In this document: positions 38,188 to 46,870 of the stretch, piece by piece
Numbering within the stretch: position 1 is the first letter of the stretch
Layout: every line of letters starts with the position of its first letter
From: Waterburya sp.
GTDB lineage: Bacteria; Cyanobacteriota; Cyanobacteriia; Cyanobacteriales; Xenococcaceae
Direction: 5' to 3'
Assembly (NCBI GenBank): GCA_965217895.1
Contig: CBDCJV010000002.1
Location: 4,224,001-4,288,000, forward strand
Length of the DNA stretch: 64,000 nucleotides
Made by a program: the position numbers and the translations under genes
The notes under the pieces: model-generated
What the model was told of the DNA's origin: nothing
Database searches by the model: none
The model's input: the letters and a program-made list of their open reading frames with translations, nothing else

Positions 38188-39770
38188 ATAAAAATATTTT
38201 ACCTCGTCCTCAACAAATATCAGATCAATTTGAAATGTGGGTTGATGAAGCCATTTGGGGACATCGCCTTTATGACGAACAAACACCTTGGTTAACTCTG
38301 TTAGAATTTTTGGGTATTCTTCAATCTCAAATTGAAATTGGTAAAGGATTTATAGAAGAAGAAAATCAGCTAAATTATTTAAACTATTATTATTATTCTC
38401 GTCTTTCTTTGCGTAATATATTATTTAATAATCCTTATTTGGAAGCTATTAGTGATGAATTTTTTAACGATGATGACTGTTGGCAAAAATGGGAATTATA
38501 CATGATTAAAAGTTGTGGTGGTATTAATCCTCCCGTAGACTTTAGTTATTTAAAAGAGCGGTTTTCTTCCTTTAAAGATTTTGTAAAAATTGTCCATTTT
38601 CTTCAAACTAATGCTATTGAAGGCGATAGTAATAAACGATGGACTTCTAAATTTATTTTTCCTTATGGTCCAGATTGTTTGTATTCTGATTTAAGAGTTA
38701 AAGGGACAAATTTTAGTCAAGATCGTCGTTTTTTTGCAAGAACAGGAGAATTACTCTATTTAATGCTTTGTCGCAGTGGGAAAAGAGAAGAATTAAAAAC
38801 TGCTCTTATTAACTTAAGAATTGTTGCAGAACCAGATAATAAACATCAAACTTCAAAATGGAATCATCTCGTTGTAATGTTACAACCAGAATCTGAACTT
38901 AAAAAGGATAATACAAGAAAAAGTGGTAATCCTCCCTATCTTCCATATAAAGAACTTCCTGAATATACTGCTTTAGCTGAAGATTGGCTAAATATTTTAC
39001 ATTACAACTTACCAGATTATGATGCTATTCCCTATCTAGTTACTCTAACGGGACTTCATCTAGTTATTTACTTATTAAAAAGGGCAAAAGCTGTTTTAGA
39101 AATTGCTGAATCTCCTCAATTTGTTTTGGAAATTGTTGCTCCAAAAAAAACCGTGGTGCGTGATTTAGCTTCTAGCTCTTTTTTAGAGAATAATAACTTA
39201 TCTTACCAAGCAATAGAAAATTATATTCTAAGTATTACGACAACATTAGACTGGGAACAGTGTAAAACTTCTTCTAATGCTGTTCACGATACTTTAGAGC
39301 TTATCCAAAAAGGATTTGCTTGGAATTTAAAAAAAGCCGGTAAGATACCAGAAAATTCCTCGCCTGATGAAATTCTTAAAATATTCCGTGAAAAAGCAAT
39401 TTCTCGCCATAAGCAGCATATTGGCAACTGTCATAGTAGTTGGTCAAAAGAAATTGGACTAGCTTCTAGTAGGGGAAGTCGCAGAATTCGTTATGCTCCT
39501 ACTGATTCACTATTAAAAACCTTAGTCTTATGTACTGTACCGCATCGCTTAGAATTTCAAAATTTCCTAGCTAAATTATCAGAAACATACGGTTTTATTA
39601 TTGGAGACCGCCAAGCTACCAAATTTATTGAAACAGGGGAAGCAGATCGAGAGGCGTTTGCTAGTAATGCAGAACGTTTAGAACAGCGTCTTGCCAGTTT
39701 AGGCTTATTGAAACGACTTTCAGATGCTTGTGCCTATGTACAAAATCCTTTTGCGGTGGAGTCAGTATAA
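38184..39770 (+). CDS. sspG: PT-linked restriction protein G-like (SspG/DptG-like)
   Basis: C-terminal L..LGLL.RLSDACAYV.NP; coupled between F-like and H-like genes. Confidence 0.7.
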   Translation: MNKNILPRPQQISDQFEMWVDEAIWGHRLYDEQTPWLTLLEFLGILQSQIEIGKGFIEEENQLNYLNYYYYSRLSLRNILFNNPYLEAISDEFFNDDDCWQKWELYMIKSCGGINPPVDFSYLKERFSSFKDFVKIVHFLQTNAIEGDSNKRWTSKFIFPYGPDCLYSDLRVKGTNFSQDRRFFARTGELLYLMLCRSGKREELKTALINLRIVAEPDNKHQTSKWNHLVVMLQPESELKKDNTRKSGNPPYLPYKELPEYTALAEDWLNILHYNLPDYDAIPYLVTLTGLHLVIYLLKRAKAVLEIAESPQFVLEIVAPKKTVVRDLASSSFLENNNLSYQAIENYILSITTTLDWEQCKTSSNAVHDTLELIQKGFAWNLKKAGKIPENSSPDEILKIFREKAISRHKQHIGNCHSSWSKEIGLASSRGSRRIRYAPTDSLLKTLVLCTVPHRLEFQNFLAKLSETYGFIIGDRQATKFIETGEADREAFASNAERLEQRLASLGLLKRLSDACAYVQNPFAVESV

Positions 39771-42700
39771 TGAAGTCTTTAAAATTAATTGGCAAAGTAA
39801 CAACACAATATCTTAAAAGCTTTAGTTCAACAGAGGAAGAAGAAACCGACGATGGTGTGGCTCGTTTTCTGTTAGATTGCCTAACCCCAGAGCAAGTTGC
39901 TGAAATCTGTCGTCAAATTCTTAAAGATCCTCATTTATCATCTCAAATTAAGATTCAAGTTCCCCGCACCCTTATTCATAATTTTGATGATTTAACTACA
40001 GAAATCATGACCGATGAGCGAACGGTTCATTTACGTCATGCCTCTTGTGACAAACCTATTTTATTGCTTGCTAATACTAATGACGACCAAGGACAATCTT
40101 TACAAGACATTACCTGTATTGGCGCAAGTGAACTAAAAGCTGAAAATGATATCTGGGTTGAAGTTGCTAGTCGAGATATACCCTTATCAGAGGAACAGAT
40201 TAAGTATTGGCAAAAAGCTTTAAAAGGATTACAGGCTGCTATAAATTTGAGCTTAGATAATCTCGCTCAGTATATTGTTGATACTCATTCCAGAATTGAA
40301 AATGAAAGTGAACCAATTATTAACGCATTGGGATGGGCTTTGCCATCTCTAAAAATTCCCCGTGATTCTAGTTATTTTGAAGCTATCCCTGAAAACAAAC
40401 GAGGTCATTATCAGCGTTGGCAAAGTCTTTTTCAACAAGCAATTTCCAAGCGAGGGTGTTACTTAATAAAGCAAATGCCTAATCTCAAACCTATAGAAGA
40501 AAAAGAGCTAGAAAATGCTTTTACCAAAGCCAAAGAGCAGATTCCAAAAATAGCCCATTCAACTATTGATGAGTTTATTCATAGTCCTTCTGGTTGGCAT
40601 CAACAAGCATCTAATCTGGCTCAATTTGAATGGGAAAGAGATAATATTGATTCTATCTTTATTGGATTAAAACCTCCCAAAACAGATTTAGCTTCTTTAA
40701 CTATTCAACTTTTTGAAGATGAATATCCTGATACTTTAACAGAGGCTGAAGAACAATATTTAAAAGCCCTTAAAAAGCGTTCTGCTACTAAAAATCCCAA
40801 TGAAGATGACGAAAAATTTTATGAAAATTATCGACAATCTTTAGAACAAAACCCAAAATTAAAAGCTAAATGGGATAAATTTGTTTATGGACAACCAGTT
40901 GAATGTTATGATTTTCTTATTGGATTAATACAAGCTTTTGAAAGACTATATGCTCAATCTGAATCTAAAGAAGGACAACAAACATTAATTATCAAAACCC
41001 AAAAAGGTGTTCGTAAAAGTAAATGGCTTGAAGAACTTAATGTAGAAGTTGGTCTTTACTTTTGTACGAGATATAGAGGGATTGAAAAACTTACCTCGCC
41101 AGAAATTGAATGGGAAACCCATTGGTTATTCAAGTACGACGAGCTATTAGAAGAAAACCAAAAACGACAGCAAAAATATAAGGAAAGTAAATCTGTTAGT
41201 AAAGCAGCCACAGAAATCAAATTCTATGTCGAGCTTCACTCTTCATCTTCAGATAATCCTAAAATTCAATTAATTTGGAAATGTAACCCGAATGCTATCG
41301 GACTAGAACTTCGTCAAGACTTAGAAAGACTTACTGATTCGGCTAAATCAGCCTTTATTCAATCTCAAATAGCACGGGAATTAGTTAGTAAAAAAGGTCG
41401 TCTTCAAGGAATATCTTTAAATGATGTTGGAACGTTAATGGCTGCTTTTGGACAAGATAGAGGTTCTTTAATTCCTAAATATGAGCCGAAACTTGACCTA
41501 GCTAAAACCTTTCCTAAAAAGATTAAAAACGCAGTTGAAGAAAAACGCTTGTCCTCAGAAGCTGCCGAACAAATTAATAATCTTTGGCATAAATTTACCG
41601 CAATATATCAAAAAGCCCTAAAAAGTTGGCTCAGCGAAGAAGGAATTTATAGTAAAAAGTTCTTAGAACAAGGTCAAGCCTACCAAGAATTATTAGAAAC
41701 ACTTTTAAACAATGCTTGTGGAGATCGAAACCGAATTGAACTTTATCAACCTTTACTCAATTTAGGATGTATTCAAGTAGAAAGAGGAAATTCTGCTGCT
41801 ATTATTGCTCCTTGGCATCCTTTAAGACTAGTATCCATAGCTGTTAAGGCTCGTCAAATATCAGGATTGCTCAAATATATTCTCCGTACCGAACAAGTTG
41901 AATTTGGGGATTCTCGTCTTTTCTTTTCCGATTTGACCACAGAATTAGCTCATCCTTACTATCCCGAAGTTGCTGTAGGATATCAAGGTTCTCAACCGAT
42001 TCTTTTATCTTTATCTGATTCAGTTAATGATTATAGTTTATTAGAACAACCAACTTGGGCAGTAAAAAATCAAATTACTAATGAAGACCCCACTGAAGCA
42101 GCTTCCAAATTAATTAAATTAGTACAACGATATTTAGAATTACTTCCCCATGAAAAAACTAATTTAAGTTTAGTTCTTTATCAATGTGATTCTATTAAAC
42201 TACCCCAAGCAGTTGTTAATCAATTAGCTAAATTACAAGAAAATCAAGAAGAATCACGTTGTCATATTATTTTGCGACATCGAGAATCAGAAAAACTTAG
42301 TCGTTTATACGAACAAATGATTGAAAGTTCTGATGCAGATCCAGATACTTTTATTGCCAGTGAAGCTTCACAAGATTTTATGGCAAAACTTCGGATCAGT
42401 GTTATTTCTGACTCAAGTTCAATTAATAATAGCAGCGAAGGAAAATCTGCCGATCTTGTTTTCCTACAAGATGTTATCTCTAGAAATGCTCAGGTAGTTT
42501 GGCAAGCTTCACCGATTGAAAAAACAACTCCCCATTTATTAGATCATGTACCACCAAGATGGGCAAGAAAACGCCCTGTTGCTAAAGATGAATTAAAATC
42601 AACGGTTTATTTGGTTTGTCCTAGTCAACCACAAGAATCTAAAAATTATTTAGATGCAATTTATAGTGTGATTGAAGGACAAGAGCTATCTCCTGAAAAA

Positions 42701-45082
42701 TATTTCCTTCCTGCACGACAAATTTCTTTTCAAAATGATACTATCAAAACTGTATTTGAAGAAGTCCATCGTCTGGGAGAATGGGTTGTTAATTATGATG
42801 ATTTATTAGAAAGACGACAACTTGTCAATCAAGGAGTACAAGTTATTCGTTATCAACAACATCGTACTGATGAGCGCAATCTATTAGTTTCTTCTCAAGT
42901 TCCTTTGAATTTATTACAAGTCCTAATTAAACGGCGATTAGAATCATTAAATTTAAATCTTGACGAGCAAGAATTAAAAGATTTATCTCAACGTTTTCTT
43001 GATGAAGCCAATGAATTATCGGGAGATATTGTTCTTAGAGCAGCTAAATGCGGTCATTTTGTAAGCGAACTAATTGGTGTAGTTTTGAGTAAATCTTTAA
43101 TTAGATCAGAACTAAATCATAGTGATGCTTTAGGATGGTATTTTTTAGATGATTATGCTACATGGTTAGGGCAAAAAGAAGGACAAATTGCTGATATTTT
43201 AGCAATCAGCCCTCAAATAATAGATGAGAAGCCTGTTTTAAAAATTATTATTTCAGAAGCTAAATATGTTATTGCTTCTGGTATAGCTGATGCTAGAAAA
43301 AAATCACAAAAACAGCTACGAGATACTGTACAGCGTATTGCTAATGCTCTTTTTATTACTCCAGGCCGTTTAGATCGTGACTTATGGTTATCTCGTTTAG
43401 GTGATTTAATGCTAGAAGGCATTGAATTTAGTTCTCAATCTTCTATTTCTCTCGAACAATGGCGTGAAGAAATCCGTTATGGTCAAATTGAGATTGATTT
43501 ATCGGGTTACTCTCATGTTTTTGTTTCTGGACCTAATGATACCTCTGTTACCAGCGAACAAATTGTTATTCCTAAAGTAGAACGATGTTTTCAAGAAATT
43601 TTTAGTCGTGGAGATGTAAGACAATTAATTCTGGCTTATTACTCTGGAAAATCATTATTAACTGTTCGGGAAAAATTAGGAGATGAAAAACCTTGGGCTA
43701 TTTCAAAGCCTCAATTTCCAGCCGAGCGAGTTATTTGGACTGACACTATTACAGAGGAAATAAAAGCAACTGACACTGAACAAGAATTAACTTCAAAACA
43801 ACCAAAACAAACCAATAATTCTTCTAGTCCTGATGAATCTAATCGAGCTTTGCCAACTACAACAATATCAGAGCAACAATCTGTTATTCAACCAACAAGC
43901 AATGAATGGACAAGTCTAACTTTAAGTACTTGGCTCAATCATAATTCTACCTCCTCTACCGATAAAACAGAAGAAGAGCAATGGCTCAATGATGTTGTTA
44001 ATTCTCTTCGTCAAGCCTTATTAAGCTACGATCTTCAAGCCAAAGTTTTAGAAAAAAGATTAACTCCTAATGCAGCTTTAATTCAATTTCAAGGCTCAGA
44101 TCGTCTCAATATTTCTGATATCGAACGTCGTCGTTCTTCATTATTAACAACTCATGGTTTAAATGTAATTAATATCTCTGGACAACCAGGTAAAATTGTT
44201 ATTTCTGTTGCTCGTCCTCAACGTCAAGTTATTTCTCTGCAAGAAGTATGGCAGAAACGTAAACTCAATCGTTCAAATACAGATATTAATCTTAGTTTTG
44301 TGATTGGAATTAGAGAACTTGATGGAGAAATACTATACCTAAACCTAGGAAGTGAATTTGAAAAGTTGCAAAGTCATGCACCTCATACTTTAATTGCTGG
44401 AACAACTGGAAGTGGTAAATCTGTTCTGTTAACAAATCTGTTAATTGATGCTTGCGCCACTAACAGTCCAGACAAGCTGAAAATATATCTTATTGATGCT
44501 AAACAAGGGATAGATTATTCTGCCTTAAAAAAACTTCCCCATCTTCAAAAAGGAATTATTGTCGAGCGAGAGCATGCAATAAATATTCTGGAAGAAGTTG
44601 TGGAGGAAATGGAGCAAAGATATTTTAAATTTAGCCAAGCAAATGCTAAGAATCTATTTGTCTATAATCAAAAAGTTTCCCCAGAAAAACAACTACCTGT
44701 TTTATTAGTTGTTCATGATGAATTTGCTGACTGGATGTTAATTGATGAATATAAAGATGCTGTTTCTTCTGCTGTGCAAAGATTGGGAGTTAAAGCAAGA
44801 GCAGCTGGAATTCATTTGATTTTTGCAGCTCAACGTCCTGATAATCAAGTGTTTCCCATGCAACTAAGAGATAATCTAGGTAATCGTTTAATTTTGAAAG
44901 TTGAAAGTGTAGGAACGTCAGAATTTTCTTTGGGACAAAAAGGAGCAGAAAATCTTTTAGGAAAAGGCCACTTGGTTGCAAAATTATATGGAGAATCAGA
45001 CCTGATTTATGCTCAAGTTCCTTTTCTTTCTGATGATGATTTTGATTTAGTAACTAGAGCAATTCAGCAAGATTATGATTAG
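39770..45082 (+). CDS. sspH: PT-linked restriction protein H-like with C-terminal FtsK ATPase
   Basis: ATG 39770 overlaps upstream stop; PHTLIAGTTGSGKS, HDEFADW, ARAAGIHLI.A.QRP, GAE.LLGKGH. Confidence 0.75.
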   Translation: MKSLKLIGKVTTQYLKSFSSTEEEETDDGVARFLLDCLTPEQVAEICRQILKDPHLSSQIKIQVPRTLIHNFDDLTTEIMTDERTVHLRHASCDKPILLLANTNDDQGQSLQDITCIGASELKAENDIWVEVASRDIPLSEEQIKYWQKALKGLQAAINLSLDNLAQYIVDTHSRIENESEPIINALGWALPSLKIPRDSSYFEAIPENKRGHYQRWQSLFQQAISKRGCYLIKQMPNLKPIEEKELENAFTKAKEQIPKIAHSTIDEFIHSPSGWHQQASNLAQFEWERDNIDSIFIGLKPPKTDLASLTIQLFEDEYPDTLTEAEEQYLKALKKRSATKNPNEDDEKFYENYRQSLEQNPKLKAKWDKFVYGQPVECYDFLIGLIQAFERLYAQSESKEGQQTLIIKTQKGVRKSKWLEELNVEVGLYFCTRYRGIEKLTSPEIEWETHWLFKYDELLEENQKRQQKYKESKSVSKAATEIKFYVELHSSSSDNPKIQLIWKCNPNAIGLELRQDLERLTDSAKSAFIQSQIARELVSKKGRLQGISLNDVGTLMAAFGQDRGSLIPKYEPKLDLAKTFPKKIKNAVEEKRLSSEAAEQINNLWHKFTAIYQKALKSWLSEEGIYSKKFLEQGQAYQELLETLLNNACGDRNRIELYQPLLNLGCIQVERGNSAAIIAPWHPLRLVSIAVKARQISGLLKYILRTEQVEFGDSRLFFSDLTTELAHPYYPEVAVGYQGSQPILLSLSDSVNDYSLLEQPTWAVKNQITNEDPTEAASKLIKLVQRYLELLPHEKTNLSLVLYQCDSIKLPQAVVNQLAKLQENQEESRCHIILRHRESEKLSRLYEQMIESSDADPDTFIASEASQDFMAKLRISVISDSSSINNSSEGKSADLVFLQDVISRNAQVVWQASPIEKTTPHLLDHVPPRWARKRPVAKDELKSTVYLVCPSQPQESKNYLDAIYSVIEGQELSPEKYFLPARQISFQNDTIKTVFEEVHRLGEWVVNYDDLLERRQLVNQGVQVIRYQQHRTDERNLLVSSQVPLNLLQVLIKRRLESLNLNLDEQELKDLSQRFLDEANELSGDIVLRAAKCGHFVSELIGVVLSKSLIRSELNHSDALGWYFLDDYATWLGQKEGQIADILAISPQIIDEKPVLKIIISEAKYVIASGIADARKKSQKQLRDTVQRIANALFITPGRLDRDLWLSRLGDLMLEGIEFSSQSSISLEQWREEIRYGQIEIDLSGYSHVFVSGPNDTSVTSEQIVIPKVERCFQEIFSRGDVRQLILAYYSGKSLLTVREKLGDEKPWAISKPQFPAERVIWTDTITEEIKATDTEQELTSKQPKQTNNSSSPDESNRALPTTTISEQQSVIQPTSNEWTSLTLSTWLNHNSTSSTDKTEEEQWLNDVVNSLRQALLSYDLQAKVLEKRLTPNAALIQFQGSDRLNISDIERRRSSLLTTHGLNVINISGQPGKIVISVARPQRQVISLQEVWQKRKLNRSNTDINLSFVIGIRELDGEILYLNLGSEFEKLQSHAPHTLIAGTTGSGKSVLLTNLLIDACATNSPDKLKIYLIDAKQGIDYSALKKLPHLQKGIIVEREHAINILEEVVEEMEQRYFKFSQANAKNLFVYNQKVSPEKQLPVLLVVHDEFADWMLIDEYKDAVSSAVQRLGVKARAAGIHLIFAAQRPDNQVFPMQLRDNLGNRLILKVESVGTSEFSLGQKGAENLLGKGHLVAKLYGESDLIYAQVPFLSDDDFDLVTRAIQQDYD

Positions 45083-46271
45083 AAATATGTTTGAAAAATC
45101 TAGTTTCTTATCTAAATCAATTTACCTTGATTATCATTCTACTACTCCTGTAGACCCTAGAGTAGCAGACCGAATGCTATATTATATGACTACTGCATTT
45201 GGTAATGCTAGCAGTACAGACCATATCTACGGCGATGAAGCAGCAAAAGCTGTATCTGAGGCACGTCGTCAAGTTGCTGAATTAGTCGGTGCATCAGAAA
45301 GAGAAGTGATTTTCACCTCTGGGGCAACAGAAAGTATTAACTTAGCTATTCAAGGAACGGTATTCAAGCACATTGATAACAAGAGTAAACCTCGCATTGC
45401 TTTCTCCCTACTCGAACACAAAGCAGTACTAGATACCTGTCAGGCGATCGCCAAAAAAGGATTAGCAGATATTGTTAGTCTTCGAGTTGATTCCCAAGGC
45501 AGACTAGACCTAAAGTATCTAGAACAAGTCTGTAAGCAGGGATTATCTCTGCTGTGTGTTATGGCTGCCAATAATGAAATCGGTAATATTTATCCAGTTC
45601 AAGAAATTGGTAACATAGCTCAAAAATATGAGATTTCTTTTCTTTGTGATGCTTCTCAGGCAGTAGGAAAAATACCAATTGATTTTGAACAATGGGGAAT
45701 TACTTATCTAGCCATCTCTGGTCACAAATTTTATGCACCCAAAGGAGTAGGCGCATTAGTGGTTAGAAAAGGACATCAACTAGAACCAATTATTTTTGGT
45801 GGCGGTCATCAAAAAGGAATGCGTTCTGGAACGCTTAATGTCCCTGGCATTGTTGGTTTAGGGGAAGCCTGTAAGTTAAGGCAATTAGAGATGATAGAAG
45901 ATGAAAAAGCGATCGCCCTACTGCGAGACAAATTGCAGAATTTGCTTCAAGAAAAAATTCCCAACTTAATAGTAAACGGCGATCTAGACTCTCGACTAGC
46001 AGGCAACCTGCATATTTCTATCCCAGGCATACCGAATAGTCCCATTATTGCTAGAATCCGCCATTGCCTCGCTATTTCGACTGGTTCCGCCTGTTCTTCT
46101 GGGGTTGCAGCACCCTCTCATGTTTTGCGTGCTATGAACTTATCTGAAGAATTAATCGAAGGTTCACTAAGAATAGGATTAGGCAAGTTCACCACTAACC
46201 GAGAGATAGAAAAATCAGTCAAAATTCTTTCTGATGCAGTCGAACAAGTTTTTCAAGCAATGCACATTTAA
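45075..46271 (+). CDS. sspA: Cysteine desulfurase (SspA/DndA/IscS family)
   Basis: YLDY.STTP, FTSGATE, ANNEIG, DA.QA.GK, SGHK.Y.PKG.G, STGSACSS. Confidence 0.9.
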   Translation: MIRNMFEKSSFLSKSIYLDYHSTTPVDPRVADRMLYYMTTAFGNASSTDHIYGDEAAKAVSEARRQVAELVGASEREVIFTSGATESINLAIQGTVFKHIDNKSKPRIAFSLLEHKAVLDTCQAIAKKGLADIVSLRVDSQGRLDLKYLEQVCKQGLSLLCVMAANNEIGNIYPVQEIGNIAQKYEISFLCDASQAVGKIPIDFEQWGITYLAISGHKFYAPKGVGALVVRKGHQLEPIIFGGGHQKGMRSGTLNVPGIVGLGEACKLRQLEMIEDEKAIALLRDKLQNLLQEKIPNLIVNGDLDSRLAGNLHISIPGIPNSPIIARIRHCLAISTGSACSSGVAAPSHVLRAMNLSEELIEGSLRIGLGKFTTNREIEKSVKILSDAVEQVFQAMHI

Positions 46272-46405
46272 GTGTAAAAGAAAATAATAATGATTCTAGA
46301 GTAAGTTTACATTAACCACACACTGAAATGGTAGAAAATCGGTAGACAAAGTTATTCTCAACAAGCAAAAAGCAATATATAAAAAGCATTGAACAATCAT
46401 ATATA

Positions 46406-46455
46406 CACTTTGGGGTAGTGGGGGTCATGGGTTCAAATCCCGTCGCTCCGATACA
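46406..46455 (+). repeat. attR (displaced tRNA-Pro 3' part)
   Basis: CACTTTGGGGTAGTGGGGGTCATGGGTTCAAATCCCGTCGCTCCGATACA. Confidence 0.93.
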
Positions 46456-46495
46456 ATTCAAACCTTCTCTGAGAGAGGGCTTAACCGTTGTTAAT

Positions 46496-46590
46496 TGTGC
46501 ATTAACAAATTATTTGTCATCAGTAACAGATTACTGTCGTTTTAACATATTGAGTGTCATCGATAACAATTTGTTTGGTGACAAACAAAT
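46496..46590 (+). mobile_element. Relic left end of a type V-K CAST / Tn7-like transposon
   Basis: Starts TGT; TGTC..TAACA motifs at 46515, 46535, 46555 (TnsB-site-like); 62 bp from a GTT PAM in attR. Confidence 0.75.
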
Positions 46591-46628
46591 TTAAACCCTC
46601 ACAACTTAAATATTGAATATTATAGTTG

Positions 46629-46657
46629 CGGAGCGACGAGATTTGCTTTCATTCATT
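46629..46657 (-). CRISPR. Delocalized homing mini-crRNA (partial repeat + 17-nt anti-tRNA spacer)
   Basis: Minus strand ..TGAAAG-CAAATCTCGTCGCTCCG; 16/17 match to 46434-46450. Confidence 0.75.
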
Positions 46658-46870
46658 TTGAGGTGCGGATTGAATAAAAATGATTAAGCGTTTTTTTTAT
46701 TATACAAAGCGATCGCCATATCTTGAGCTTTTAGGGATAAAATCTTGCTTATTCGGTTTTATATTTAATTCTGCCTACCTACTTATTTAGCAATCCTAAA
46801 TCGGAAAACCAATAATTTAGAATTGCTGTACCTATTTTTTCCTTCACTCTAAACTTGTCTTTTTGTCACT

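Larger units (their letters stand above)
13368..46455. mobile_element. 33-kb tRNA-Pro-integrated mobilizable element (IME) / defence island
   Basis: 50-bp direct repeats at ends, adjacent integrase, relaxase + T4CP, no T4SS, HIP1-poor. Confidence 0.92.

Noticed and set aside
27914..46271. BREX type 4 or classical DndBCDE
   Set aside because: No PglZ/BrxL or DndB/D/E recognisable; DUF4007 + ATPase + short PAPS reductase + desulfurase fits Ssp.
46660..46870. Full CRISPR array or tracrRNA next to the mini-crRNA
   Set aside because: No further CTTTCA-anchored repeats seen.
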